Virus record (IMG/VR): IMGVR_UViG_2721755720_000005 | Origin: a virus | Taxonomy: Duplodnaviria; Heunggongvirae; Uroviricota; Caudoviricetes | DNA: 40,305 nucleotides | Strand: one strand, 5' to 3' | Shown: in pieces, positions 1 to 9,394 of the stretch | How positions within the stretch are numbered: position 1 is the stretch's first letter | How the letters are laid out: each line of letters opens with the position of its first letter | Position numbers and translations under genes: made by a program | The notes under the pieces: generated by a model | Databases searched by the model: none | What the model saw: only the letters and a program-made list of their open reading frames with translations | What the model was told of the DNA's origin: nothing

Positions 1-123
1 GTTTTTTTCTTTTCTCCGTATTCTATTGAATTTAAATGAGTTATCTACATATAGATTGAAGTGACAATAAAATAGAAAAGAAAGCTTGAAATTTTCTTTT
101 TATAGGCCAATAATCTACTAAAC

Positions 124-147
124 TTGATAACAAAATTTAGTTATCAA
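124..147. promoter_or_regulatory. Operator-like perfect inverted repeat TTGATAAC-N8-GTTATCAA in the c/ner intergenic region
   Basis: 8-bp perfect arms with an AT-rich 8-bp spacer, about 30 bp upstream of the ner start; equivalent position to the Mu operator/enhancer region. Confidence 0.4.
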
Positions 148-176
148 ATTTCGTAACTTTTTAGGATAGATGAATC

Positions 177-407
177 ATGGCGAGAAATGAAGTTAAGCCT
201 GATTGGCATCCTCAAAGAATCTTGGGGGAAGTCAGAGCCAGAGAAGGAAGTATGAGGGCGCTGGCCCGTAAAGCTGGTGTAGGTCAGAACAACCTGTACA
301 ACGCGGTATACCGTCATGTTCCCAAGTATGAGGGGATTATTGCGGAATGCCTGGGTGTTCCACCCGAGGAGATTTGGCCCAGCCGCTACATTCGTAAGGT
401 CGCGTAA
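177..407 (+). CDS. ner: Ner-like DNA-binding early regulator
   Basis: 76 aa, first gene before the transposase; C-terminal EEIWPSRY matches remembered Mu Ner EVIWPSRY; HTH-like core. Confidence 0.85.
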   Translation: MARNEVKPDWHPQRILGEVRAREGSMRALARKAGVGQNNLYNAVYRHVPKYEGIIAECLGVPPEEIWPSRYIRKVA

Positions 408-409
408 TT

Positions 410-2497
410 ATGTTTGCTTCAGTAAAAGAGCTGGTTGGATTACCGGGAATGCCGGGAACGGAGCAAGGCGTCCGCTATTCAATCAGGAAGTATGCAACCA
501 GCGAAACCAGCAGACGCCGCCAGGAAGGCACTAAAGGTTTTGAATACAGCATCGACTGTTTACCTGAAGTAACGCAGCAGGCATTACGTGAACGCTACGC
601 CCTGCAACTGATGACGCAAAAAGCCGATGAATCACCGGCTCCGGTGGTGACAAAGGCCAGACGCTCACCTGTCGTGGTTGATGCGGTGGAGGCATATCGC
701 GGATCACCACAACTGATGGTCGAACGCCTGAATGCCCTGACTGAAAACCAACGTAAAGTGGCAGAGGCACGAATCGCGATCGTCAGCGAGGTGCTGAAAG
801 TCGCGCAACAACCCGGCTTTAGTTGCGCTAAGGCTATCCGGTTTATCGTTGACAACCTGGCACGTTCGCAGCTGGACGAACGCATTGTGGCAATGGTTGA
901 AACGGCGAACGCCAAAAAGGGAAACAGCCGCGCGTTGAGTGAAATCACGCTGAAACGCTGGATTGCGGCCTTTAACAAGGCGCAGAACGCCGCTGAACGC
1001 CTGCTTTTACTGGCACCGGGTAAACGTCAGGAAATAAAAGCCGAAGATATTAACTGGCTGCCCGAATTTCTGGCGCAGTATCGCCAGTCAAACGGCCGAC
1101 CAATGACCGAGGCTTACGAGGATTTTGTTGCTGAATGGCAGCACCGGCACGCTGATGAGCCTTATATACTCGATATCATGCCCTCTTATGACACCATTCG
1201 CCGCGCAATGAAGAAACTGCCGGAAGTGGTGAAACAAAAAGGCCGGGTGACCGGCAGTGAATACCGCCAGCTTGAGGGATTCACGCGCCGCGACTGGTCA
1301 AAAATGCCGGTGAATTATGTCTGGATTGGTGACGGTCACGGCATGAAGCTGAAATGTGCGCACCCGGTTCACGGGCGGCCATTTGCACCGGAAGTGACCT
1401 TTGTTATCGACGGTGGTACGCGCTTTGTGGTGGGCTGGAGCCTTGACCTGGCTGAAAATGTTTTCGCCGTAGCCGGTGCCATACAGCACGGTATTCGCCA
1501 TCACGGCAAACCGTTTCTGTATTACTCGGATAATGGCTCGGGGGAAACCGCCGACATCCTGGATAAGGAGATTGTGGGGATACTGCCACGACTGGGGATT
1601 AATCACCCGACCGGGATTGCCGGTAATCCGCAGGGACGGGGCATTATCGAACGGCTTAACCGCACATTACCGATGCGCATAGCCCGTAAATACCGCACCT
1701 ATTTCGGGAAAGGAGCAGATCGCGAGACGTTACGTAAAACCAACCGCGATTTACGCTCGGCATTCAGTGCCCTGCAACAGGGCAAACGGCTGAACGCCCG
1801 GCAGCAGTCAGCGATGCGTGATTTACCGTCCTGGTCTGAACTGATTGATGCCATTCGTGACGGTGTTGAGTGGTACAACAACCGGCCGCACGATGAATTA
1901 CCCATGAAGCCGAACGGCAAACATTACAGCCCGGCGGAGTTCAGAAAAAAACGCCTGGCGGAAGAGGACACGGAAATTGAATGGCTGTCCGATGTTGAAC
2001 TGCGGGACATGTTCCGGCCGATGGTGGAACGCCCTGTAAGACGCTGTGAAATACGCTGGCTGAATAATATTTACTACGCGCCCGAGCTGCGTGATGAACA
2101 TGGCCGCAAAGTGCTTATCAGCTATGACATTCATGATGCCGAACGAATTACCGTGCGTCGCCCGGATGGCAGCGTGATTTGCGAGGCGGTATGGGACGGC
2201 AATAAACGCGAAGCCTTCCCGGTCAGCGCGGAATACTACAAACAGCAGCAGCGCCTTAAAGGTATGCGTAAACGCGCGGAGGAAAAAATCCGTGATGCCG
2301 AGGATGAGGTTGTCAACGTGCTGGAGCACAAGCCACAGGAGCCATGGCTGGAAAATATATACCGCCCGGTAGGTAATACGGTGACCGTTCAGCGACCTGC
2401 CGTTGATGATGAACCTGACGAAGAATACGAGCGTAATTTCCAGCGGGGATTGCAGCTGCTTGAAGCGAAATTAAAAGAAAATGACCCTCTGGCCTGA
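410..2497 (+). CDS. A: Mu-type DDE transposase A
   Basis: 695 aa; DDE triad contexts WIGDGH, YSDNGS, IERLNRTL; position immediately after ner. Confidence 0.95.
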   Translation: MFASVKELVGLPGMPGTEQGVRYSIRKYATSETSRRRQEGTKGFEYSIDCLPEVTQQALRERYALQLMTQKADESPAPVVTKARRSPVVVDAVEAYRGSPQLMVERLNALTENQRKVAEARIAIVSEVLKVAQQPGFSCAKAIRFIVDNLARSQLDERIVAMVETANAKKGNSRALSEITLKRWIAAFNKAQNAAERLLLLAPGKRQEIKAEDINWLPEFLAQYRQSNGRPMTEAYEDFVAEWQHRHADEPYILDIMPSYDTIRRAMKKLPEVVKQKGRVTGSEYRQLEGFTRRDWSKMPVNYVWIGDGHGMKLKCAHPVHGRPFAPEVTFVIDGGTRFVVGWSLDLAENVFAVAGAIQHGIRHHGKPFLYYSDNGSGETADILDKEIVGILPRLGINHPTGIAGNPQGRGIIERLNRTLPMRIARKYRTYFGKGADRETLRKTNRDLRSAFSALQQGKRLNARQQSAMRDLPSWSELIDAIRDGVEWYNNRPHDELPMKPNGKHYSPAEFRKKRLAEEDTEIEWLSDVELRDMFRPMVERPVRRCEIRWLNNIYYAPELRDEHGRKVLISYDIHDAERITVRRPDGSVICEAVWDGNKREAFPVSAEYYKQQQRLKGMRKRAEEKIRDAEDEVVNVLEHKPQEPWLENIYRPVGNTVTVQRPAVDDEPDEEYERNFQRGLQLLEAKLKENDPLA

Positions 2498-2572
2498 AAT
2501 AAAAAAATAACCCGAGCGGCGACTCAGGTTATTTGATTAAACAAAGGAACTACACAAACGCGAGTTAATAAT

Positions 2573-3505
2573 ATGACCGATATAAACGATGTAATCAAGA
2601 CCATTGATGAACTTATTGATGGCGGCGTACTGACGCAGTATGCCATCGCCAGAGAGGCGGGAATTTCCGACGGCACATTATCGGCTTTCCGTAAGGGGAA
2701 ATATAAAGGCGATAACGCTGCTGTGGCTGCATCCCTGTGTTCCTGGTATGAGAACTGGAATAAACAAAGCGCACTGCCCGAGCCGCCGCAGTTTGTGGAA
2801 ACGCAGACAGTCCAGGAGCTGCGCGCACTGTTTCAGGCGGTTCGCCTGATGGGCTGTATTAACGTCATCGTGGGCGTACCGGGTGTGGGTAAAACGGCCA
2901 CGGCCCGTAATTACTGTCAGGAGCAACCGAACACCTGGATGATCACCCTGTCGCCTGCGCATTCCAGCGTCACGGAGTGTCTGCTGGAGCTGGCAGAGGA
3001 ACTGGGGATTGATTACACCCGCGCGAACAAAGGGGCATTATCCCGCGCAATCCGCCGTCGCCTGATGGGAACGCGTGGACTGGTGATTGTTGATGAGGCG
3101 GATCATCTTGGTATTGACGGTCTGGAGCAACTGCGGGCAATCCAGGACGCCACGGGGATCGGGATGGTGCTTATTGGTAACCCGCGCGGACTGTTTAAAG
3201 GTGGACGCCGCGCCGTTGATGATTTATCGCGCCTGTTCAGCCGTCTTGCCCGTACAAAACAACTTCGCAAGGCCAAAAAGGCGGATGTGCTGGCCATTGC
3301 CAGGGCATGGGGGATCAGTGGTGAGGCCGAGCTGGCCGTCATGCAGGCTATCGCTGAAAAACCGGGAGCATTACGTGTTCTGACGCATACGCTTAACCAG
3401 GCGTGGATCACCGCCAGTGGTGAAGGCGCTGTGCTGACAGAAAAACATATTAATGCGGCCTTTAAAGAGGTTTATACCAACCCTGAATTACTCTCACAGG
3501 TGTGA
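2573..3505 (+). CDS. B: Mu B-like AAA+ ATPase, transposition target DNA activator
   Basis: 310 aa; Walker A GVPGVGKT, Walker B-like VIVDEAD; N-terminal HTH; follows A. Confidence 0.9.
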   Translation: MTDINDVIKTIDELIDGGVLTQYAIAREAGISDGTLSAFRKGKYKGDNAAVAASLCSWYENWNKQSALPEPPQFVETQTVQELRALFQAVRLMGCINVIVGVPGVGKTATARNYCQEQPNTWMITLSPAHSSVTECLLELAEELGIDYTRANKGALSRAIRRRLMGTRGLVIVDEADHLGIDGLEQLRAIQDATGIGMVLIGNPRGLFKGGRRAVDDLSRLFSRLARTKQLRKAKKADVLAIARAWGISGEAELAVMQAIAEKPGALRVLTHTLNQAWITASGEGAVLTEKHINAAFKEVYTNPELLSQV

Positions 3506-3507
3506 TT

Positions 3508-3729
3508 ATGGCGATATTTAATATTCCTGATATTTACGGACGCTTTTACCTGATTAATTTCGATAACGTCAAAGCAGTCTCCACGTCTGACAGTAAAGAA
3601 TGTGGCGATTTACTCTTTGAATTTAATGATCGCACCCGAATGGCAATATCGGCAGGGCTTGATCGTGAAGGTGCGAAAGAAGCTTACAGCAATATTTGTC
3701 GCTTTATCGGTGCAAGACGGGTTAGTTAA
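3508..3729 (+). CDS. Hypothetical early protein
   Basis: ORF track 3502-3729 starts at GTG; ATG at 3508 with AGGTG upstream chosen as start; no recognisable domain. Confidence 0.45.
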   Translation: MAIFNIPDIYGRFYLINFDNVKAVSTSDSKECGDLLFEFNDRTRMAISAGLDREGAKEAYSNICRFIGARRVS

Positions 3730-3741
3730 ACGAGGTGTTAT

Positions 3742-4164
3742 ATGAATACGCAGATACAGCAGGAAATTAATGCTCTTCGTCACTTTCACAGGCAGAACGA
3801 CAATGCCGGAGTGGTTTGTGATTATATCTGGACGTCGATAAACAGAAGCACTGGCGTATGTTTCCTGTGTCTGGACGTATATCAGTTGTATGCCGACCTG
3901 CAACCTGAATCCATCCGGCGCCGTTTTAATGGTGAGTGCTTTAATGAGGATGTCTGGGAAGGCCTGCGCTTTGGTTTTCTGATACCGGGTGATTATCGCC
4001 GGGAGTGGCGACACGGTTACTCCATCCTTCGGGCAATAATGCGTGGCAAAACCCGAAAAATTCCGGGGATGGGTAAGGTTAATCGCGGCCTCCTGTTAGA
4101 GATGGCAGCAGCGCACATGAATCCATTACTGATACAACCGGAGTTCACTTATGAATTTGTTTGA
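3742..4164 (+). CDS. Hypothetical early protein
   Basis: 140-aa ORF in the co-directional early operon; no recognisable motif. Confidence 0.5.
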   Translation: MNTQIQQEINALRHFHRQNDNAGVVCDYIWTSINRSTGVCFLCLDVYQLYADLQPESIRRRFNGECFNEDVWEGLRFGFLIPGDYRREWRHGYSILRAIMRGKTRKIPGMGKVNRGLLLEMAAAHMNPLLIQPEFTYEFV

Positions 4165-4381
4165 TTCACTGAATAACGCCCGTCGACTGACCGAACTTGC
4201 CGGTGCGGTACTGGAGCGCAGCAAACGCTACCCGCAACGCTTTGCACTGAAAACCACGCCGCCGCTAAGCAAGGTTCAGGGGACTGGGGAGGAAATTGAA
4301 ATCACCGTTAAGACCAATGGCCTGCGCCGCCGTGTAAAAGCCACCCGCATCAGCGGCTGCACGGTTTACTGGGAAGTATGA
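4151..4381 (+). CDS. Hypothetical small early protein
   Basis: 76-aa ORF overlapping neighbours by a few codons, as in translationally coupled phage operons. Confidence 0.45.
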   Translation: MNLFDSLNNARRLTELAGAVLERSKRYPQRFALKTTPPLSKVQGTGEEIEITVKTNGLRRRVKATRISGCTVYWEV

Positions 4382-4455
4382 AGTTGCTTCATGGTTCGGC
4401 TCTGTCATCAGGTCAGACGCCGGGTCAGTTATCCGAACAAAACGAGAGCCAGAGG

Positions 4456-4728
4456 ATGAGTAAAGTCGTACGCATTATTTTCGAATACAAGGAAGATGTT
4501 ATCTGCAAAAACTCTGATGGCAGCACGCACAGAGGGGTAAGTCTGGATATACGTTCAACCGGAATAAAGAAGAAAGATAATGGACCCGCCATGATTTTTG
4601 GGGTGGTTATGCTGGCAGAAAGCAGAAACTTCGCAGAGTTTGTGGCAATGAAAGCCAGTGCATTCATGAAAGACAGAGGCATGGCTTCCGGGGTTATTAA
4701 CGGTAATGAATTTAATCAACAGGGGTAA
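4456..4728 (+). CDS. Hypothetical early protein, paralogue 1 of a tandem pair
   Basis: ATG at 4456 preceded by AGAGG; begins MSKVVRIIFEYKED, paralogous to the next gene. Confidence 0.55.
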   Translation: MSKVVRIIFEYKEDVICKNSDGSTHRGVSLDIRSTGIKKKDNGPAMIFGVVMLAESRNFAEFVAMKASAFMKDRGMASGVINGNEFNQQG

Positions 4729-4732
4729 TTCC

Positions 4733-5026
4733 ATGAGCAAAGTACGCGTTATTTTTGAATTTAATCATGTTTCGCATGACGAAAAGTTGGCAGGCAATGA
4801 CTGTGTTGAAGTGCATGAAAAGATTGGAGTGGATGTGAAAACAGAACGTGATACGGATAACAGCCCGACGTCACTCTGTGACGTTTATGCAAGTATTCTC
4901 CAGTATCACAGTCCTGCAATTATTCAGTTTCTCTCAGCGGAATTTCAGGCATCTGCACAGGCTTTTGGAGCGGATGCCATCATTAAACGCCACCGCGTGC
5001 ATAAAGCATCAGGCACACTGCAATAA
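4733..5026 (+). CDS. Hypothetical early protein, paralogue 2 of a tandem pair
   Basis: ATG at 4733 preceded by AGGGG; begins MSKVRVIFEFNHV, similar to the previous gene. Confidence 0.55.
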   Translation: MSKVRVIFEFNHVSHDEKLAGNDCVEVHEKIGVDVKTERDTDNSPTSLCDVYASILQYHSPAIIQFLSAEFQASAQAFGADAIIKRHRVHKASGTLQ

Positions 5027-5037
5027 GGAAAAACAAA

Positions 5038-5568
5038 ATGGCAAAACGCGTTACAAAATTAAAGGCCGCAGCCGAGGCGGCACCGCAGACCCGTGAAGAG
5101 GTCAGCCGCGATATCCGCACTCTGGGAGATATTCAGCGAGAGGCGCTGCGCCTGGAAACGGCGATGAATGATGAAGTGGCAGAAATCACAGCCCGTTATA
5201 CGCCGCAGATTGAAAATCTTAAAAAGCAAATCAAAGTGCTTTTTAAAGGGATTCAGGACTGGTGCAAAACCAACCGTGATGAGCTGACGAACGGCGGCAA
5301 AACCAAAACAGCCAATCTGACCACCGGAACGGTGTCATGGCGGCTGGGAACGCCATCATGCAGCGTCAGCCGTGATGTGGAAGGCGTGATTGAAATGCTG
5401 CGCCGTATGGGGCTTGAGCGTTTCATCCGCACGAAAGAGGAAGTGAACAAGGAAGCGGTCCTGGCGGAGCCGGATGCGGTGAAAGGGATTGCCGGTATTA
5501 AGGTGAATAAAGGCGCTGAAAGTTTTTATGTCGAGCCTTTTGAACAGGATGCCGGACTGAATAAATAA
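5038..5568 (+). CDS. gam: Gam-like host-nuclease inhibitor (Ku-like DNA end-binding protein)
   Basis: 176 aa; strong SD AAGGA; conserved block NRDELTNGGKTKTANLTTGTVSWR and C-terminal FIRTKEEVNKEA resemble remembered Mu Gam. Confidence 0.9.
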   Translation: MAKRVTKLKAAAEAAPQTREEVSRDIRTLGDIQREALRLETAMNDEVAEITARYTPQIENLKKQIKVLFKGIQDWCKTNRDELTNGGKTKTANLTTGTVSWRLGTPSCSVSRDVEGVIEMLRRMGLERFIRTKEEVNKEAVLAEPDAVKGIAGIKVNKGAESFYVEPFEQDAGLNK

Positions 5569-5665
5569 CACCGCATTAATTATTTAAATATCACTTCATT
5601 TTAATTATGGCGCTCGCGTCAGGGGACTGCTTGCGCCTGAAAGCTGAAAATAAGGAATCGTAAAC

Positions 5666-6208
5666 ATGACATACTTTTATTTCAAATTAGACAGAACTCA
5701 GACAAATAAATATTTCACCAAATATCAACAGACTGTTTTACCGCTACGCAACAGTATTCTTCGGGCGTTACTGAAAAATACAGGCGCTGCCGGATTGCGC
5801 TTAAAGCCGTTCGCCATGGACGTAATCAGTGAGTTTTATTTTTCTGGTGCTCTGCCTGCGGGCTGGCGTAAGCGCGATGATGTGGCTTTTATCGGTGGCG
5901 GACAGTGCTTTATAGCCAGACCTGATGAGTCATGCCCTGAAGGACCGGCGATTGCCGCAATGATTGAAGCCGCTGAACGCGAGTTAAGAAAGCGTCCTGA
6001 TTTCCTTGTCTGGCTCTGTGAAAAGCTGGGAGTAATGAGAATCCCCTCCATGTTTAACACAGACTCCTGGTGGACCCCGTCGCTCTCCCGTGATGCGATG
6101 TGTGTGGTGTTTAAAGTAGGCGCTTATGGCAGGGAAATAAACGGCTGTATTCCTGAAGAATGCCAGAAAATTAAACGTTCTGAATATGTGGCGCTGACGG
6201 AGGAATAA
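5666..6208 (+). CDS. Hypothetical early protein
   Basis: 180-aa ORF with SD AAGGA; no recognisable motif. Confidence 0.6.
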   Translation: MTYFYFKLDRTQTNKYFTKYQQTVLPLRNSILRALLKNTGAAGLRLKPFAMDVISEFYFSGALPAGWRKRDDVAFIGGGQCFIARPDESCPEGPAIAAMIEAAERELRKRPDFLVWLCEKLGVMRIPSMFNTDSWWTPSLSRDAMCVVFKVGAYGREINGCIPEECQKIKRSEYVALTEE

Positions 6209-6211
6209 TTC

Positions 6212-6745
6212 ATGATTGATGCAAAAGTGCTTGAAGGGGTTAAAAACTGGCTGCGTATTTATGGCCGCCTGACCTGCGGTGTACTGGCTGAAAAAATGAA
6301 TATGCCGCCATCCTCCATGGTTTATTTTCTGCGTGATGCGGTTGATGCAGGCGTGCTGACGGAATGTAACGGTTTTTATGATATTCCGCGTCCCCGCCCG
6401 GTGCAGCCGGTTCGTCGCAAATGCAGCCAGGAATGTGCGGCTGATGATGTTCAGTGGTGCAGCTTCAGAAAATCCCTGCCGTGGATTGAGGGGCATGATA
6501 TTCCGTCGATGGCGTGGGAATTTGCTCAGGGAGTTCTGACCTGCGAAACCGTTTATGTGGTGGCTGAAGTTGATGAGCAGGCCATGAAAGAAGGCGTGCC
6601 CCAGTTTGTGATGGCGTATATCGACATTCGCCTGGGTGTCATCATCTGCGGTTTAAGCGGCTGGAATATCACCGCGCGTGTTCTGCGCTACCTGATTGTT
6701 GACCGGACAGCAGCGCCTGCCGGGATATCTGCGGAGGTGGCGTAA
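6212..6745 (+). CDS. Hypothetical early protein with N-terminal winged-helix-like segment
   Basis: 177-aa ORF with SD GGAGG; Cys-rich middle region. Confidence 0.6.
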   Translation: MIDAKVLEGVKNWLRIYGRLTCGVLAEKMNMPPSSMVYFLRDAVDAGVLTECNGFYDIPRPRPVQPVRRKCSQECAADDVQWCSFRKSLPWIEGHDIPSMAWEFAQGVLTCETVYVVAEVDEQAMKEGVPQFVMAYIDIRLGVIICGLSGWNITARVLRYLIVDRTAAPAGISAEVA

Positions 6746-7260
6746 TGTTCTTTAAAACATCAAACCCTTCCGCGCTGGCTGCGTGGCAAAAATACCAGCA
6801 GGACTGCCAGACGGTAAAAGATGAAGCGAAACGCCTTGAGGCTGTGCTGAATGTTGCGTGCCGGTCGGTATTTGAATTCAGTATCAGTGGTTTTTGTTTT
6901 AAGGGACTGCGTTTTACGGAGGACAAATATCCTTTTCATCGCGACTTATGGCGAAAACCGACTGCGTCGAATGGCTGGAGCTGCACACCGCGCACATCAC
7001 GTATCCCTAAAGCCCTGCGTGTTGCCTCTGATGAACTGAACAGTCTGTGGCGTGAATATTCGCCCGTCACGTATGCCAGAACCGATGCCCTGTTGTTCTG
7101 GCTGGGCATTGACTTCTCAGCAATACTGTTTGGCCCTGTAAAGTGGTTCTGCGTTGACGATGTGATTTACCTTGAGTGTGGCGTAAAACCCGCAAAACAG
7201 AAAATGACCGAAATTCTGTCGGATGAGTTTTATGCTACTGAAAAGCGAGTCAGGGGGTGA
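6745..7260 (+). CDS. Hypothetical early protein
   Basis: 171-aa ORF with SD GGAGGTG; start overlaps the upstream stop. Confidence 0.6.
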   Translation: MFFKTSNPSALAAWQKYQQDCQTVKDEAKRLEAVLNVACRSVFEFSISGFCFKGLRFTEDKYPFHRDLWRKPTASNGWSCTPRTSRIPKALRVASDELNSLWREYSPVTYARTDALLFWLGIDFSAILFGPVKWFCVDDVIYLECGVKPAKQKMTEILSDEFYATEKRVRG

Positions 7261-7263
7261 TGC

Positions 7264-7815
7264 ATGATGATATTACAACCCATGGGACGAAAAGGTCGTG
7301 CACCCGCTCATGTCCGCGTATGGACACCTGAAGAAGATGCGCTGCTGATTGCGCTTTATTCATCCACCCCGGTTAAGGATATTGCTGCCAGAATAAAAAG
7401 AACTGTCTGGGCTGTATATAACCGGACTGGTGTATTGCGCAGTACATACCCGGAGTTGCTGAAATATAAACACCCCAGATTTACACCTGATGAAGATAAG
7501 TTTATTCGAAAAAATGCCAGAACAATGACCTGCCAGCAAATGGGAGAATATCTCGGACGTAATAAAGATTCTGTCAGATGTCGGGCAGGAATGATTGGTG
7601 CCGGATTAACAAAGTGCGGAGAGTTACGCCCCGGTACGCGCATATCTGATGATGATGTACGTCTTATACGTGCGCTGCGTGATTCCGATTACCCACGCCG
7701 TCTGTCATTCCGGGAAATTGGCGAAAAGTTTGGAATATCTGAACATTCTGCTCACGCAGTTTATTACCGTCGCCGGACCGCCGAGGACGCTGTATTACGG
7801 GAGTTAACGCCATGA
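7264..7815 (+). CDS. Putative DNA-binding protein with tandem HTH-like repeats
   Basis: 183 aa; two similar repeats (WTPEEDALLIALY... and FTPDEDKFIRKNA...) plus a C-terminal HTH-like segment. Confidence 0.6.
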   Translation: MMILQPMGRKGRAPAHVRVWTPEEDALLIALYSSTPVKDIAARIKRTVWAVYNRTGVLRSTYPELLKYKHPRFTPDEDKFIRKNARTMTCQQMGEYLGRNKDSVRCRAGMIGAGLTKCGELRPGTRISDDDVRLIRALRDSDYPRRLSFREIGEKFGISEHSAHAVYYRRRTAEDAVLRELTP

Positions 7816-8141
7816 TAACGACATTATTTGTTGAATCAGATGAACCTCTTGTGTGTGCCGCCGGAATGCCGATCTGTGGCGGAACGCTGACCGGTGTTTA
7901 TTTCGGGGATTTACGAGGTTATCCCTGGCATTCACTGAATGATGCTTTCCCGCCTGATATGGGGGCTGTCGTGCTGATTGTTCAGTATGGTCACCGTCAG
8001 GAGCTGCGCATCGGCCATATGGGGTATGAAGGCTTTTTTGTTGATGAAGAAACCGGAGCCTGCCTTGAAGATGAGGACGGACAGGTGACGCACTGGTGTC
8101 ATATTTCGGCTTTACCGGAATTACGGGAGGTGAATGCGTGA
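7812..8141 (+). CDS. Hypothetical early protein
   Basis: 109-aa ORF with SD GGGAG; overlaps neighbours. Confidence 0.55.
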   Translation: MITTLFVESDEPLVCAAGMPICGGTLTGVYFGDLRGYPWHSLNDAFPPDMGAVVLIVQYGHRQELRIGHMGYEGFFVDEETGACLEDEDGQVTHWCHISALPELREVNA

Positions 8142-8506
8142 GAAGTTATATTGATAATGAAAAGCTGGAGACAATAAGCGACTGTCTTAGCTTGCTGGCA
8201 AAAATAAAAGAAACTATTGAAGAGATTAAATTTCAGCTTGAATACGCACCATGTGGCGATGATGCATGGCGTAATGCTGCCAGAAAAGCACTGGCTGTCT
8301 TTCAGAAACAACGCCGGGCTGTTGAATACCGCCTTGCTGTATTGCGCCAGGAGGAAAAGGAAAGAAATATAAGACGTCATGAACGCGTTAATGATTTCCT
8401 TGTTCGTGAATTAAAAGAGCGTGTGCCGGAATCGGTATTTTTTGAATGTGAGGCTATTGCCCGTAGCAAAGCCCTGGTGACTGTGCCGAGTGCCGCAGAA
8501 GACTGA
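8138..8506 (+). CDS. Hypothetical coiled-coil early protein
   Basis: ORF track 8096-8506; GTG at 8138 overlapping the upstream stop and preceded by GGGAGG chosen as start; charged helical sequence. Confidence 0.5.
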   Translation: MRSYIDNEKLETISDCLSLLAKIKETIEEIKFQLEYAPCGDDAWRNAARKALAVFQKQRRAVEYRLAVLRQEEKERNIRRHERVNDFLVRELKERVPESVFFECEAIARSKALVTVPSAAED

Positions 8507-8521
8507 ATAAGGAGAAAGATA

Positions 8522-8818
8522 ATGGACAGTAGTTCGCAGTTGTTCTGGTGTTTATATATCACATCGTTTTTCGGTGCATTCGTCATTACACGATGGCTGT
8601 GCCGGAAAGTTATCAGTATTTTTCATAAAAAATACCTGATTGGGCTGGCGGCGACTTCTCTGATTAATGCACTGGCCAGATATCATAAGGGGGAATGCTA
8701 CTCAAGAATAAAAACTGATGATGGTTTTAATATTTTTGTGATTCCTCCGGAGTATCGGGTTCAGCTCGATCGGGAAAATAATATCTATCATATCAGCAGG
8801 AGTGTTGATACAGCATGA
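8522..8818 (+). CDS. Small membrane protein, function unknown
   Basis: 98 aa; strong SD AAGGAG; hydrophobic N-terminal helix; locally AT-rich. Confidence 0.55.
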   Translation: MDSSSQLFWCLYITSFFGAFVITRWLCRKVISIFHKKYLIGLAATSLINALARYHKGECYSRIKTDDGFNIFVIPPEYRVQLDRENNIYHISRSVDTA

Positions 8819-9324
8819 GAGGGAAACTGATATCCGCTATTCATGTGGCAAAACGCGAGCTTGCTCTGGATGATGAGACCTACACATCCGTACTACTGGC
8901 AGCCATCGGCAAACCCAGTTGCCGTGATATGTCACCGGATGAGTTATCCCGCGTGCTGGATGTTTTCAAAAAACGCGGTTTTAAAGTGCGTCAGAAACCG
9001 GTTAACCGGGCGTTAAAACCGGGGACGGTGACCGCCAAAATTCGCGCCATCTGGAAGGTGATGCACCAGCAGGGATTTATCTCTGATGGCGGGGAAACGG
9101 CCCTTAACCGCTGGGTGAAATCGCAGACGGCCGCGCAGAACGGCGGCGAAGGTGTGGCTAACTGGCAGTGGCTGGAGCAACACCCCGCGCTGGCCTCTGA
9201 TGTGCTGGAGCGTCTCAAACGCTGGCACCGTCGCAAGATGCTGGATGCGCTGGGGATGTCAGCGCGTACAGTGATGAGTTATGAGCGCGTTTGCAGGCTG
9301 TATGAAGAATCCTCCCCCTTTTAA
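8815..9324 (+). CDS. gemA: GemA-like early regulatory protein (DUF1018 family)
   Basis: 169 aa; N-terminal KLISAIHVAKRELALDDETY pattern typical of GemA family; last early gene before a terminator. Confidence 0.75.
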   Translation: MRGKLISAIHVAKRELALDDETYTSVLLAAIGKPSCRDMSPDELSRVLDVFKKRGFKVRQKPVNRALKPGTVTAKIRAIWKVMHQQGFISDGGETALNRWVKSQTAAQNGGEGVANWQWLEQHPALASDVLERLKRWHRRKMLDALGMSARTVMSYERVCRLYEESSPF

Positions 9325-9328
9325 CCCC

Positions 9329-9360
9329 AAATCCCGCCACAGCGCGGGATTTTTATTTTA
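9329..9360 (+). terminator. Rho-independent terminator at the end of the early operon
   Basis: 9-bp stem AAATCCCGC/GCGGGATTT with 6-nt loop followed by TTTTTATTTT. Confidence 0.6.
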
Positions 9361-9394
9361 AACTTGCCCTGTGTAATGATGACCGGAGGCGGGT

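Noticed and set aside
316-534. 72-aa ORF overlapping the ner/A junction in another frame
   Set aside because: Overlaps two confidently assigned genes and has no start context
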